IMG/VR virus record: IMGVR_UViG_3300023174_000039 | Location: 267,655 to 331,654 of that record | Reading direction: 5' to 3' (one strand) | DNA length: 64,000 bases | Part shown: piece after piece, positions 19,301 to 27,396 of the stretch | Layout: every line of letters begins with the position of its first letter | Numbering within the stretch: the first letter of the stretch is position 1 | The notes under the pieces: generated by a model | The model's database searches: none | What the model was told of the DNA's origin: nothing | Seen by the model: the letters and a program-made list of their open reading frames with translations, nothing else | Position numbers and translations under genes: made by a program

Positions 19301-22150
19301 AACGTAGATTTTTACAGCTGGAACAATGCCGTCGCTTTGTGCTTGAATATCCAGCAACAAAGGTCTACCAGTGTAGGTAAATTTAAACTGTTGTCTAACC
19401 TGAGTTGGTGTAATTGCTGTGTTCCATCCTAGCAGTCGATCATACAATAATCTTGTGGCATACTCTCTAGGAAATCCAGAGCTGATGGACGAAGTTGTAC
19501 TAACGTTATCACGCACATATAAAAATGTATCTTTGTATAGATTATTTTCAAATACAATGTCACCAACGTTGTTCAAATTCAAATACTGTAACGGAAATTG
19601 TAAAATTGGATCTAATATACCTGTAGATCCTTCGGCATAACTGAATAATTTTGATCCAGCAAATGTTGTTGATGGGTATACTGCTTTGTTTCCAAAGCTC
19701 ACCCCATTGGCGTCGTACACATTGAACAATGGTGCTTGTTGAACTTTGGTTTTCAGTTGCGCTTTGGTCCAAACAACTCCATCATACCAAAATGTAATGC
19801 CTCTAAGAGTTGAGCCATCTAGACACACAGTACTCTCGTCGACTAATACATCACCGTCATTGGCCAGCGTCAAATTAATAACAGGCTGAGAAATTATTGG
19901 AGATATTGAATCGGGAGACACAAAATTAACAACCCAAATCTTATTTCGAACATTGGCATCTGCATCCTTGGCAAAGATAACTCGGCTGCCTTGAACAAAA
20001 TTGTATCCGTCTACGGTATAACCAGTTGACCCTTCTACATTACTAAACGCATCAGTTTCTGCAAAGTCAATGACATTGACCGGCTGTTTGCCTTCTGTAC
20101 CCATGTTGTACAACCGTAGTCCAGGGCGAAATTGAATAATTGGACGTTTGGCTCGGTACTGATTGTCAATGGTAACATCTGTATTATTGTATTTTGCAGT
20201 GGCGTTGATAACATCTATATGAAACCAGCGATTGCCTCTGGTCCAGGCATTGAGATCCAAGCTGGCACGGCTGATGGTTAGATAATCCAAATCTGACGGC
20301 TCTGATGCAAATGTACTGGTATCAGCATCTACCACATATGTTTCTGGGCAGATAAAATCTGTCACTGGCAACAACTTTATGGCCGTACCAACCCCACTGA
20401 TATAATATTCGTTGCCAATGTAACTTGCTGGCACCACATCTCCACGGAATACAATTTTCAACCCATTGGTAAACTCTACACCATTTGGGCTGGTATATGT
20501 TTTTTTGCCAATGATTTCATCAATGTACAAAGTAGAACTTTGTGATTGTTCAATCAGTCTGATTCGACCAAATATTCCTGGATCTGTCCCATCTTGATAG
20601 TACAACGTATCCTGCGACGCAGTCAGCAACGGTATTTGTTTAAACACCCCAGCATCGTTCTTAAACCATCCGGTACTGGCATAAGTGTTACCATACAAGA
20701 TAGTGAACTTTTCTAGATCATTGATAGTACCTACATTGGTTAGGCTAATGTAAATAAAACCATTATTATTAATATAGTTAATCTGCCAGATATCTCGACG
20801 CTGGGACAATGGTACTTCAGTTTGTTGTGTATATAACAAACTATCATATCCTCCCACTTGACTTGTACTGCCTTGTGACAACGGATCAAAGTATGTGGTT
20901 TTGGTCCAACCGCCTACATCAGTATCCAGTGATGTGCCTTCAAAAATCAGTGTTCTACCATCAAGTGCAGTGATGCCATCGATACCGCCGTGAGTGGCAA
21001 TAAAATCAGCCACAGTGATATTGTTGATTTGATCAAATCTCAAATCAGTCAATAAATCAACTGTGCCAATGCTGGGTAGATTATAGTAAAACTGTTGCGC
21101 AATTTTGGTAGGAGCGTTAAATGTTATGGTGCCAAGATCTTCTCCATTATTGGTTACACCATACACATCTCTAGAACTGATATTTGGGGTAGAGGGCATT
21201 TTTCCATTGAACCCTGGCGCGGCTTGAATCCAAAAGCCTGGACCAGTTCCTGGGGTACCATCAACAATGTTCAGTTGTCCACGCATGTTTGATTGCGTGG
21301 AGCTAGAATAGTACAAGGTATCTGGGGCGTCTTGGGGCACAACAAATGTTACCAATCCAGTAACAGCACCATTATTGGTTACACCTATACTGTAAACATT
21401 GTTTAGTCCTGTGGTTGCGGCTGTTTTAATATAGAACGGATACACACCATTTAAATTTAAATTAAACACATAGGTGTTGCCACGAACCAAAGTCAATGTA
21501 GGATTGTTAACATAGTCAATGACATATGCACTGGTTCCAGAATTAGTCACACGATAGTTTACAGTTTCTTTATCGTTTTGTGCCACTTGAAAAGTGTAAC
21601 TGCCGCCACGCACCAGATCAACTGTGGGATTATCTCCGTTAAGACCAGAGAATGTGTACACACCATTGGCTCTTGTGACTACAAAATTGTCCGATGCCGG
21701 AACTCCAGTCGCTGCCACATCTACTGCTCCTGGCCCGCCAGGTAGCCAAAAATACTGACTGAAGTTGATGAACGTATCCCAGTCAATGAATGGGTCCCAG
21801 GTATAGTATTCGCTTTCAAATAGTCTGTCAGGTCGTGCAGAATTGCCGCCTTGATATGCAATTGAATCCAGCAGGCCCGGGTAAGTGATAGCATCTTCAA
21901 TGGTATTGGTATCTGGCTTGAGACTGATAATACCTGGCTCAAGTTGATAATCAGCACGAGCTTTGGTTGGCTCTACGACATATTTTTCGTTGGGGTTAAC
22001 ACCTGGACCCACTGTGCGGCCAATGAATCCTTGAGTCTTTTTAAATTTGGGCTCTTGTATCAACTGATCCAGCGTGGCCGCTAGGAACTGTTTGTTTACA
22101 TCAGTCTGAAAAATTTCAGGTAAAAAATCTACGCTTCGTACTTTTGCCAT
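7340..22150 (-). CDS. Giant virion/baseplate protein, 4936 aa, multi-domain
   Basis: Uninterrupted 14.8-kb ORF directly after gp6 (TAATG overlap); propeller-like [FY]G-x-S-V repeats, many V..G....G.DYT modules, two cupredoxin-like modules. Confidence 0.85.
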   Translation of the reverse strand: MAKVRSVDFLPEIFQTDVNKQFLAATLDQLIQEPKFKKTQGFIGRTVGPGVNPNEKYVVEPTKARADYQLEPGIISLKPDTNTIEDAITYPGLLDSIAYQGGNSARPDRLFESEYYTWDPFIDWDTFINFSQYFWLPGGPGAVDVAATGVPASDNFVVTRANGVYTFSGLNGDNPTVDLVRGGSYTFQVAQNDKETVNYRVTNSGTSAYVIDYVNNPTLTLVRGNTYVFNLNLNGVYPFYIKTAATTGLNNVYSIGVTNNGAVTGLVTFVVPQDAPDTLYYSSSTQSNMRGQLNIVDGTPGTGPGFWIQAAPGFNGKMPSTPNISSRDVYGVTNNGEDLGTITFNAPTKIAQQFYYNLPSIGTVDLLTDLRFDQINNITVADFIATHGGIDGITALDGRTLIFEGTSLDTDVGGWTKTTYFDPLSQGSTSQVGGYDSLLYTQQTEVPLSQRRDIWQINYINNNGFIYISLTNVGTINDLEKFTILYGNTYASTGWFKNDAGVFKQIPLLTASQDTLYYQDGTDPGIFGRIRLIEQSQSSTLYIDEIIGKKTYTSPNGVEFTNGLKIVFRGDVVPASYIGNEYYISGVGTAIKLLPVTDFICPETYVVDADTSTFASEPSDLDYLTISRASLDLNAWTRGNRWFHIDVINATAKYNNTDVTIDNQYRAKRPIIQFRPGLRLYNMGTEGKQPVNVIDFAETDAFSNVEGSTGYTVDGYNFVQGSRVIFAKDADANVRNKIWVVNFVSPDSISPIISQPVINLTLANDGDVLVDESTVCLDGSTLRGITFWYDGVVWTKAQLKTKVQQAPLFNVYDANGVSFGNKAVYPSTTFAGSKLFSYAEGSTGILDPILQFPLQYLNLNNVGDIVFENNLYKDTFLYVRDNVSTTSSISSGFPREYATRLLYDRLLGWNTAITPTQVRQQFKFTYTGRPLLLDIQAQSDGIVPAVKIYVGSKFKDPGTYTLETTSNSSTITLDNTYAIGDIVEVLVLSDQTSQVAFYQVPINLENNPLNGNSDVFTLGTIRTHYESICENLITLSGKINGANNTRDLGNIGPYGLIILQQSSPLTLAGYFNRSKEYNIFAALQYNSREYQKFKDLLMNEVTNLTLYTETPAEILVEAMANITLGRLESNPFYWSDMLPSGSVYIENNYTVSLITTNVFDTVQVYNYTSSNYLGLLVYKNKALLTRGIDYTVATDGPRITVLVPLAIGDVISVQEYSATYGSFVPNTPTKMGLYPTFRPVITAIDTTSGSSEVIIGHDGSQTPVFGDVRDQVLLEFETRIYNNLKLDGNPVPINASDVIPGQFRNTGYSSQEINSILNVDFLSYVGWNKLDYNTQNYIVNNEFSWNYSGSQNKLSTGQNLIGSWRGIYRYFYDTQDPAKTPWEMLGFSIKPTWWETVYGVGPYTSENMVLWDDLEAGIVADPAGTYVLPAYVRPGLTQVIPVDTEGNLVSPFECVVGNYNETTFQKSWSAGDGSPVESSWRNSSAYPFAVMRLYALTIPAKFYALYADRDLYRYQAEFDQFLYNDRYRLDANGIQVYGDGTSKASFINWIVDYNRITGINSTSALEADLASIDVRLCYRLASYSDKQYIKLYTEKSSPNSLNATLLIPDESYDLLLYKNQPFDRLIYSSVVIQIVEGGYAVYGYSTTQPYFNILVSQSAGRLKPYTVGDVTVRVPTTYTNTVAQVPYGYVFTNQTSVCDFLLSYGKLLTDQGLTFDDRVNGYQLDWDQMVVEFLYWSQQGWENNCLINLNPLASALTITKPGAVVDSIVTQTSENVILDQNKRELPARNINIVRLDNTLTLQPLTDQSLSFADLRFTNFEHMIVLNNQSVFGDLIYQPITGARQSRLNFVGVTTTEWNGTVDAQGFILNQDNVEEWSGLKKYSKGQIVKYKDQYWSAQVIVDPSTDFDFNKWVKSDYNQIALGLLPNISNKANQLQNSYSINSANLENDNDLLSYGLIGFRPRQYMAALNLDDVSQVNVYSQFLGTKGTILSAELLSNANLGKESADYQIYENWAVQRAVYGANANRSFVELKLNRALLSANPSLVQVIQPQEQSQADQTILLDNVWRQSYKLTSPDFLPTTITQVTDTALPNAGYVNLEDADIATFDLGTRSTIAANLGLVSVGATVWVAKVNNYDWDIYRCVNIPGFIDHVCDNLDGTSIVNFTKPHGLSVGDRLIIKQFDTRIDGVYKVLTVQGINRVTIAYTFTPGGQTVINGVGIGFTLKTQRVRQASDIINLPYANDIQTGAKLWVDNDGTGHWEVLQKENQFSTVIELSPKLLDATEQYGQSVSQARNRFAALVGSPRYGFPTGAEKGAVYVYVKNYSDQYAPVSPVANGDAVLTLDTTGARGFGNAVEFGNQTWAVAGASKSLGPASQADVGYAAIIYRDPNLGKPGVIPYVSWQLLVSPNNTESGLFGHSVAISTDERWVYIGAPAANKVYAYGRVDWQDQFVKSRGDGVTKSFSIAQTIQINTATQLLVTLDGTQQLLGTDYTVDSGLATVTFATAPAVGVLVDIHRYNNKIIDGGNYYNVAQTSTSGSGTGAKFTIRRVRNEVGQPGSISGGVGVTAGGTGYAVGNTITFAASKFGGQANLVLTVVSVGAGGKVETFNIAYTPVTLTSTFSLNEYFFTVDNIYSFSVYVDTVLQRPGIDYTFNTSTQDMTFVNNPAAGTLISVQAQSYFEYVNTLTVAGLAADAQFGYSVTTTVDGRQVIIGCKDEDISGKVDAGSVYVFDRNVQRFDYGTDPSSTMFTVLGTVTAPVSVIVNNVFLVNQNNSIIGASNSFTVSGNDITINSDLQTGDVIEIETNQFTQMQKITKNTVTEYTNFGQSVDICVYSCSLYVGAPQDSTDGWKSGSVQRNVNQSRVYGSTVSLNQDPVLTPGHTLRVNNQDVVILFPTAEQTSLQRLAQSITETVPNVVASVSKGYLTIAVKNPASAAPGNKLQVAPGSVGSAFTTIGFNTFTYTQSIYSPYPVDFAGFGTSISIDDSAANLVVGSPRGTLYLITIFDDGTTDFDENSTIFFSEVVQSGAVYTYDYLASADETAANPGKFAFGLQITDSNVYPYDVYGASVSYVDGVLMVGASGSDATAADSSGSNYGRVFVFENATRMPAWTPIRVQQPVVDIRLLNSVFTYDRLTSARTQQFDFFDPLQGKILGAAKQNINYISAIDPAGYNVGPTNNSGNTWLADHVGQVWWDVSTVRFIDPNQDDIVYASRRWGQVFPGSTVDMYQWIQSSVPPATYTGEGKPLNVYSYTVSTKLSVDGTFNTYYYFWVKGLTTVATQQGKTLAPQTVANYIENPKASGIAYIAPVNASTVAIYNATTIIEAEDTVISVEFDREYTDNNVHVEYELIAQGKSDAFLSTNLYRKLQDSFCGVDTAGNLVPDPTLNDAERYGVQFRPRQSMFVDRFAALKNYIVRTNNVLSLYPIVENRSLLLLNSREPEPPSTTGGIVNWNLRVANLEILSFQDISLVPFGYKYLVDSDSRNNGLWTIYTVQNGQGALVGTKELVLTRVQNYDTRRYWSYVNWYRPGYNSSTKVIAEVPNYSALATITVPVGSSVKVTANAQGKFEIYLLTDLGWERVGLQDGTIEISAEIYNYALGRFGFDVEVFDAQYFDQEPVIETRKIIQAINEELFIDELALERNKALTLMFNFVLSEFSAPEWLVKTSLIDVDHNIRNLAPFQNYRRDNQEFVLDYVKEVKPYHVQIREFNLRYNGQDEYGGDVTDFDVPAYYNTSLVVPQYTSPILNIDDTTDPRYQEPYLHSTHQQDNTLSDTPPSSLVWQAWPYSQWYNHYLLNLQLIKVITGGSGYTEPPTVTLDGDATTPATLQAFLGPVNASGTASVLYVAIIDEGSGYYATPNVIFSGGNGSGARAYALMNNDLVRSFKTVIKYDRYQYHTNILTWTANVTYENGTLVRYDDQVWRAANPTGTSVTSATFNLEDWQLVPANELSGVDRTMGYYIPGVNEPGLDLPLLIDGTSYPGVQVWGDYFLGSDPTSTQLECTATSADNNQITCTNTLGLQATAPIKFLGTTIGGIEQDVNYFVKDIVDQTHFTICAKVGGFTIELTTATGSMQAISLQMLDATYSSSFRDVYLGTRYSDINIDGGKFIGMYEGYAPEELVNGSEFDTLDIRVYTRPGSDWTLYDNIAGSNGHGFQITSRRYTYSLSNTELNWNGLVENPVHLEISNVSSGIDLVPNIDYVVDWVARTVAMRSGVTSGDIINITAYELGGGSQLYRQNYVGDKVGNKLIVPVNSTEIYQAVLFVNGVYTAVNSWEPYYPASIWNQLNTYSTLDVVYTTGPTTYYRALQNVIAGIDIHNTAYWQQFVPTTLSKIALNRVYTSTDALNITILGFTTPKQYSWSTPQTEYFTVTSAINASKTVNLANSVAGTNIPNMIVEINGVRLRPYEGIEWIGDNSTTSFGLPQRGGYQQSIINPVTDITVFVDNVLQVQSFGSITGDYSVTNWNGSNTPGRQVQFVTAPDYGARILISVSVAAAYYVAGSQLQLISPPSVGSIIAVTTFNDTSQQNILTQVYQGPVVGGVVIDEPYDSTAFDTGVVNNDPGSYAYSEGIPLLSNQFDLGRLGVDASRLWVTLNGYRLFDGQDYTVQGQYVIFASGAIASSDIAVIQEFTNSIVPEAMAFRVFQDMRGVQATYRITTNSTTELVQPLSSIADIMYVLNASNLSEPDLTNGVFGVCTIGGERIMYRYRNTALNTISGLMRGTAGTAAAEHIIGTPIYDMGRGNLLGEQYQDHIIKDDTLADGSTTIFYAPSIYLPIVDPKDSSTVYIDHSIEVYVGGTRQYPITEVNTPSQYRYTVFTVDPVVPGDPYTIGVEFITDNDPYHPLLAPAAGVSVTIAQRRGYFWYGNGIVQKATTAIAGESYFINAVGNTDFTRIGAAENTVGILFTATGPGTGTGTISTVSNGIALQQTNTQAARFLRGL

Positions 22151-25100
22151 TAAATGACTCCACTGCCTGGTGCTGTTCTTAGATTGGTGCTGGTCAGGGC
22201 TTCAATCACTTCTATATTAGTTATGTCTGCTGCATTCACAAAAATTTCGTTGGGCTCAGATCTAATCTCATACAAGTCACCAAAACTTTTCTGTGTGTCA
22301 AGTGGTACTAGCACTATTGAACTAATGATAGTGCCAAGTGTTCTGTGTAAGTATCCTGCTAGTTCAGAGAAATAAAATGTATCGCCAAAGTTCCATTTGT
22401 CAATGCTGAAATAGCTGTTCATTGCTGCCACCACACTGCTCTTGATTTCACTGGTACTGGCTGTTGAGTTCTGTGCTTTGATCACTTTGATTGTGGCTCT
22501 CAGTTGTTGTGCGGCTTTGGCACCAAACAATGGTTTAAAGTTCACTGAGTTCAACACAATGTTGTCTGAAATCATTTTGTAATCTTGTAAGCCTTGGTAT
22601 GCTGTTGACAATTCATCAATGGTAGGAACGTCAGGTTCTGTCACTGTACCTGTGGTGTCTTTGATCCAGTTCTGATATGCGGTATAATATGCCTGTGTAA
22701 CCACGTACAGGTCAATGATGTTTGTGGTGCCAGGATCAATGCGATTGGTCAATGGCGAGTTGTGACGATACTGGAAATACAAGTTTTGTCTTCCTGCTCT
22801 TGCAATCCATCCTGACTGTTGAACCAATGTTCGTGTGCCAGCAACATTGATACTGAGTAGATAAAACAAGTTTTGAGAATAAGCATAGAACACTTGTCCT
22901 GGACTCCACTCTGATTTTACCAATTCAATGTCGTCTAATGTAGCGTAGTCTGAGTTGACTACCCCTTCTTCAACCAACAAGTAACGTTGTAAGTTGTCAA
23001 AGTCCACTGTTTGCTGGAGGAACACCCAAGGTCCTGTGCTGGGAGTAGTTGGAACTGGTCCTACAATCTCACTAAAGAAATCTGGATTATCAGGTACACC
23101 ATCATTGTCTGAATCGCGGAAACTTACCAAGACCTGGAAGTCATCAACATATCCGTCACTCTCTACAGGCTGTCCAATGATATTCATGTAGATATCACTT
23201 TGCAACGGCTTGCTGTCAGTTGGTTGTGTATTCATTGCCAACACATTGATAAAGTCTTTGATAATTGTGCCAGTTCGACTGTCGTAGACCAATTGGTCAT
23301 CATAGAAGAAGAAACGTGTTTGTAACACACTGCCAAAGTTATATGCAAGTCCGCGGAAAGTCACTGTGTAGTTTTGATTTTCAACCACAAACTGTGCTAG
23401 CCAACTGGCATCCTTGTTTGTGCCTGATGTATCCCCGGCATATGTTTGACTCCACGTAGCATTGGCGTTGAGATTTGTACTGGTGATCAAATACCATGTA
23501 CCTGGAGGAATAGTTACACCTTGTGCTGTGACGAGTTCTGTACTGGCGTAACCAATACCAAAATTGCGGAACAATTCAATTTGATCGCCCATTTGTTGCT
23601 CTAGTGACAATGGCAAGTCTGTGATAAACACAGGAATGATGCTGTCAACCACTGCTCCTGTTGGCACAAAGTTATTGAGAGTTACTGGGCCAGTGCCTGA
23701 TGGTAAGTTGCCAATACCGCCATTGTACCCGTCTCCCACGATGGCTTGTGGAGCTGCCCATATCTCAGAACTTTCTTCTGGTTTAGTAGGTGGCCCTGGT
23801 TGCAATCTGTTGTTACGATCAAAATGGTATTCTATCCCGTTGATTGTTGGGGCAGTGAATTTAATAATGCTGCCGACTTGTACGTATTTAAAAACCGTCG
23901 TGGTGCTATTACCAACCGGAATAGCATTTCCGTTGGCATTTTCAAAGTACCCAGTGGTTTCGTTGGCCAGTGTGGTACTCTGTTGCCAGGTACTTAATGC
24001 TGTGGCTGAATCTACAACGTTGACTGTGGGTCTAGGAAAGTTGGCATAATAAAATTGTTTCATTGTGGCTTTGCCCACTTGTGGTTGAGCAGAGTTAGTA
24101 ACAAAGTCAGCAATTTCGTTGCGGTTGATCCACGAGAACAATACTGTGGGGAGAATATTTTGTTCCCACAACGCACCGTCACTGGAGAAAGAGTTAGTTG
24201 ATGAATACTTGCCAGTATTGTCCACTAGATCCAGGTACCGGCTGGTACCAATTGAACTACGGTTTAGAGCCTTGGATTTAATAATACTATTGTAGGCAGT
24301 GTAAGGAAACAGATTGTAGTCTTCACCATTGACCATACGGTTTTGTGTGTAGTATCTGGCAGGAGCACGTTGCTTGATTGCGTCAATTGTTTCACGTGCT
24401 TGTGCATTGCTCACTGGTTGAGTGATGCCACAAGTGAATGTGATTGTTTGAATGTTACCATTGCGGTCAGTGTAACTGATTGGCAATGTAACGTTTTGCA
24501 TTTCTTCAGGATTGATAATGTACTGCAATCCGTTTGATGCACGAGTATAGCAACGGAAGATACCAACTGGAATCTCTGAGAACACTCCGTCGCCAAAAAC
24601 TAGAGTAATTTGGTCATTGCTACGACTGGTGGTAGAATAAATAGGACGCAATGCCACAGTTTGTTCTGCGGCTGCTGTGTATACACTTTCTACATACTGC
24701 CATTCGCGGTTGATATTGCCTAGATTGGTAAGTTCAAACAACCAACGGTCGGTGTTGTTGACGCCTTCTACATTGATGTTTACAGTGCGGTTGCTTGTGC
24801 GTTCCGCCAAGTTAAAATCTGTGTTCTGCAATGTGCCTTGCTTGAACATAAAGAAGTAGCCGGTGTTGGCAGAACTAAATCCCAATTGATCATTACGGAA
24901 CAACACGTTGAAACTTGTGTTTGGAACTGGTGGTGGCTCATATAGATAGTCTCGGCCTACACTGGTGGATGTGGTGGCTTCAAATGGCATATTAACACCA
25001 TCAACTGTGGCAGTATAAGGGATCACTGGCAAAAAGCCTGGCACTAGATTCACTGCATACTCAGCAGTATCCACACCTAGTATTGTTTGTTTGTTGCCTG

Positions 25101-25617
25101 GACGACCAACACGTTGAGTATCAACCAATGAAGCATTGATAATTGCTGTGAACTGTTCTTGCCAGTCTGGATTTGTAGGATCTGCCCAGTCAACTGTGAC
25201 GTTAGATAAGTTCACTCCGTTATAGTCAACAACATTTTCTGTTGTGGTAACATTGAATACTTTTAACAGGCCTTGAGCGGCTGTGTTGCGCTTGGGACTG
25301 TAGCTTACTAGGTTAGCAAGACGCACAACAGAATCACGACGTTCTGCTGTGTCCAAATAATTCTCACGAGTATTAAGGTCAGTACGGAAAGCAAGCGATT
25401 GCCCCATAAACGCAATAATGTCTAACAGCGCAATAAATTCACTTGACTCAATGTAGTCATTGAATGTTTCTGGATAGTACAAACGTAGATAATCTACAAA
25501 ACTCTTGCGTAGAGTTTCAAAATCGTAGCTTTGGAAGTCTGCTTCTCTATACGTCTGATAGATTTGCTTCCAATCTTCTACTCCAAATATTGCCGTTTGT
25601 CTAGTGGTTGTTGCCAT
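22150..25617 (-). CDS. gp6: Baseplate wedge subunit gp6-like
   Basis: DFQSYDFETLRKSFVDYL, EFIALLDIIAFMGQSLAFRTDL, TAERRDSVVRLA, ETIDAIKQRAP...QNRMVNGEDY. Confidence 0.85.
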   Translation of the reverse strand: MATTTRQTAIFGVEDWKQIYQTYREADFQSYDFETLRKSFVDYLRLYYPETFNDYIESSEFIALLDIIAFMGQSLAFRTDLNTRENYLDTAERRDSVVRLANLVSYSPKRNTAAQGLLKVFNVTTTENVVDYNGVNLSNVTVDWADPTNPDWQEQFTAIINASLVDTQRVGRPGNKQTILGVDTAEYAVNLVPGFLPVIPYTATVDGVNMPFEATTSTSVGRDYLYEPPPVPNTSFNVLFRNDQLGFSSANTGYFFMFKQGTLQNTDFNLAERTSNRTVNINVEGVNNTDRWLFELTNLGNINREWQYVESVYTAAAEQTVALRPIYSTTSRSNDQITLVFGDGVFSEIPVGIFRCYTRASNGLQYIINPEEMQNVTLPISYTDRNGNIQTITFTCGITQPVSNAQARETIDAIKQRAPARYYTQNRMVNGEDYNLFPYTAYNSIIKSKALNRSSIGTSRYLDLVDNTGKYSSTNSFSSDGALWEQNILPTVLFSWINRNEIADFVTNSAQPQVGKATMKQFYYANFPRPTVNVVDSATALSTWQQSTTLANETTGYFENANGNAIPVGNSTTTVFKYVQVGSIIKFTAPTINGIEYHFDRNNRLQPGPPTKPEESSEIWAAPQAIVGDGYNGGIGNLPSGTGPVTLNNFVPTGAVVDSIIPVFITDLPLSLEQQMGDQIELFRNFGIGYASTELVTAQGVTIPPGTWYLITSTNLNANATWSQTYAGDTSGTNKDASWLAQFVVENQNYTVTFRGLAYNFGSVLQTRFFFYDDQLVYDSRTGTIIKDFINVLAMNTQPTDSKPLQSDIYMNIIGQPVESDGYVDDFQVLVSFRDSDNDGVPDNPDFFSEIVGPVPTTPSTGPWVFLQQTVDFDNLQRYLLVEEGVVNSDYATLDDIELVKSEWSPGQVFYAYSQNLFYLLSINVAGTRTLVQQSGWIARAGRQNLYFQYRHNSPLTNRIDPGTTNIIDLYVVTQAYYTAYQNWIKDTTGTVTEPDVPTIDELSTAYQGLQDYKMISDNIVLNSVNFKPLFGAKAAQQLRATIKVIKAQNSTASTSEIKSSVVAAMNSYFSIDKWNFGDTFYFSELAGYLHRTLGTIISSIVLVPLDTQKSFGDLYEIRSEPNEIFVNAADITNIEVIEALTSTNLRTAPGSGVI

Positions 25618-25644
25618 TGTTCTGTAACCTTTGTGTCACTGAAG

Positions 25645-25652
25645 TATTTATG
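25645..25652 (-). promoter_or_regulatory. Late promoter variant CATAAATA
   Basis: 27 nt upstream of the gp6 ATG. Confidence 0.6.
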
Positions 25653-25671
25653 GTTACTAAAAACGGCGTAG

Positions 25672-26046
25672 TTATACGTAGGAGGCCACTCGTTGTTGTT
25701 GATCAAAGAATATGCTGAGAATTTCGGCGTTTTGCGTGGGCACTGCTGTGAGTTGTATCTCGATCAAGATACCATTTTCCTGTGGATAAGTTTGTATATC
25801 ACTGATGTAGATGCGCGGATCACCGCCTGCTACACGTTGTATTTCTGCTTCTATTCCGTTTTGTGTTTGTGTTGTTTGTGGTTCAAACAAAAAATCCCAA
25901 ATCACTGTGCCATATGCTGGGCGACCAGGCAGTTGTCCTTGACGGATATTAAATGCATTCAACAGGTCACGTTTGATCAGATCAAAGTCAGTTAATGTAA
26001 ACTTTTTGTATTGTCTAATGGTGTTGAACCCAATGAATGTAGTCAT
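25672..26046 (-). CDS. gp25: Baseplate wedge subunit gp25-like
   Basis: 124 aa; IKRDLLNAFNIRQGQLPGRPAYGTVIWDFLFEP...DPRI. Confidence 0.85.
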   Translation of the reverse strand: MTTFIGFNTIRQYKKFTLTDFDLIKRDLLNAFNIRQGQLPGRPAYGTVIWDFLFEPQTTQTQNGIEAEIQRVAGGDPRIYISDIQTYPQENGILIEIQLTAVPTQNAEILSIFFDQQQRVASYV

Positions 26047-26051
26047 GATAA

Positions 26052-26059
26052 TATTTATA
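26052..26059 (-). promoter_or_regulatory. T4-type late promoter TATAAATA
   Basis: Exact consensus immediately upstream of gp25. Confidence 0.65.
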
Positions 26060-27395
26060 TGCTTTGTAACGAGGCATTAAATCGGCGAATGTTTTCAATT
26101 TCGTTATCTAATAATTCAATCAATGCTTGAGCGTTTGCGATTGCCAATTCAGCTCGGGTACTAAGTGTTTTAGAAGTAGTTGCTACTGAAATTGCTACTG
26201 CGGCCAAACTGTCAACGACTGGAGTAATTTCGGACTTTAATGCTGTTATTCGTGCTTCTCTAGCGTCAACTGTGTCTGACAACATGGGTTCAGCAATGAT
26301 AGCATTGGCCTTGGACTCAACATCACTGAGTTGCATATACAATGTTTTTAGTTCTTGTTCAGCAGCTGGGTCAGGTGTACCTTTGTTATAGTTTAAACTG
26401 GGGATCTTATCGTTTCCAACTACTCTACCAACGGCAGCATTAAGAGTTGTTCTGTTAACAGTCCCCACTGATCCAGTGATCTGTTTGATGTTCAATGTCT
26501 CGTTAGCCAGTTTCTCATCAACTAGATTTACTGCAAACGATGCATCTTTAGCTGTTTGGTTGAACTTTGACAGTAGACCCGAACTTAACGTTGATGTTTG
26601 TCCTGTTGCCCAGGCCAGAGTTGCAGTAACATCTTTGGCTGCGTTTAATGCAACTCCTCCGAGCACTGTTGCAGATAATTTATCTATAGGCAACCCCAAT
26701 GATTTAACTTGATCTAATCCTGTGGTCATGAGACTCTGTTGTACTTTGCTTTGCGCTGCCGGGTTGTTTAACATATTCTGAACTTGGTTAATTCCATCTT
26801 TACCAGTCCATACCGAAGGGCTGTTCAACACACTGGTTATAGAATTTTGTCCCGTGGAAACATATTTGGCTGTCATGCCTGGCTTGATGTATCCTGCTTT
26901 TTCTAACTGCCCAACATCAAGTCCAAAATTGCCGGCACCCCCAAGATTACTCACAATTGATGATGGTTGAGCCAATAACTTACTTGCCTGAGCAAGGGTA
27001 CCAGTGACCTGTGAAGGATTTAGATTTCCAATGCTAGCAAGTGCTGGTAATTCTTTAACAAAGTTTCCTGGATTTATACCAGCAGTAATTCCTGTTTTAC
27101 TGAGTGCAGATGTTATTCCATTGGTTGCTTTGGAAACTGATGCTCCTATACTGCTTATACCTGAAGTCAACTGAGATTGTGCTGATTTCAACCCATCAGC
27201 CACTTGACTTGCCGCATTTAGTACGTCACCTGATTTAAATCCTGTTAGGCCGCCTGTTTTGACTTGTTTTTCAAATATAGCCTGCGCTTGTGCCTGTGTC
27301 AAAGTGCTGGGTCCAGAAATTTTAAATGTTTTTGCACTGTCGGCATCTGCTGGTGCGCCCGGCACCTGATCAATATTGAATGTAAATGTTCCCAT
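26055..27395 (-). CDS. Tail-associated protein with possible lysozyme-like domain and C-terminal coiled coil
   Basis: 446 aa; GNFGLDVGQLEKAGYIKPG...VWTGKDGI segment; directly follows gp5. Confidence 0.45.
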   Translation of the reverse strand: MGTFTFNIDQVPGAPADADSAKTFKISGPSTLTQAQAQAIFEKQVKTGGLTGFKSGDVLNAASQVADGLKSAQSQLTSGISSIGASVSKATNGITSALSKTGITAGINPGNFVKELPALASIGNLNPSQVTGTLAQASKLLAQPSSIVSNLGGAGNFGLDVGQLEKAGYIKPGMTAKYVSTGQNSITSVLNSPSVWTGKDGINQVQNMLNNPAAQSKVQQSLMTTGLDQVKSLGLPIDKLSATVLGGVALNAAKDVTATLAWATGQTSTLSSGLLSKFNQTAKDASFAVNLVDEKLANETLNIKQITGSVGTVNRTTLNAAVGRVVGNDKIPSLNYNKGTPDPAAEQELKTLYMQLSDVESKANAIIAEPMLSDTVDAREARITALKSEITPVVDSLAAVAISVATTSKTLSTRAELAIANAQALIELLDNEIENIRRFNASLQSI

Positions 27396-27396
27396 G

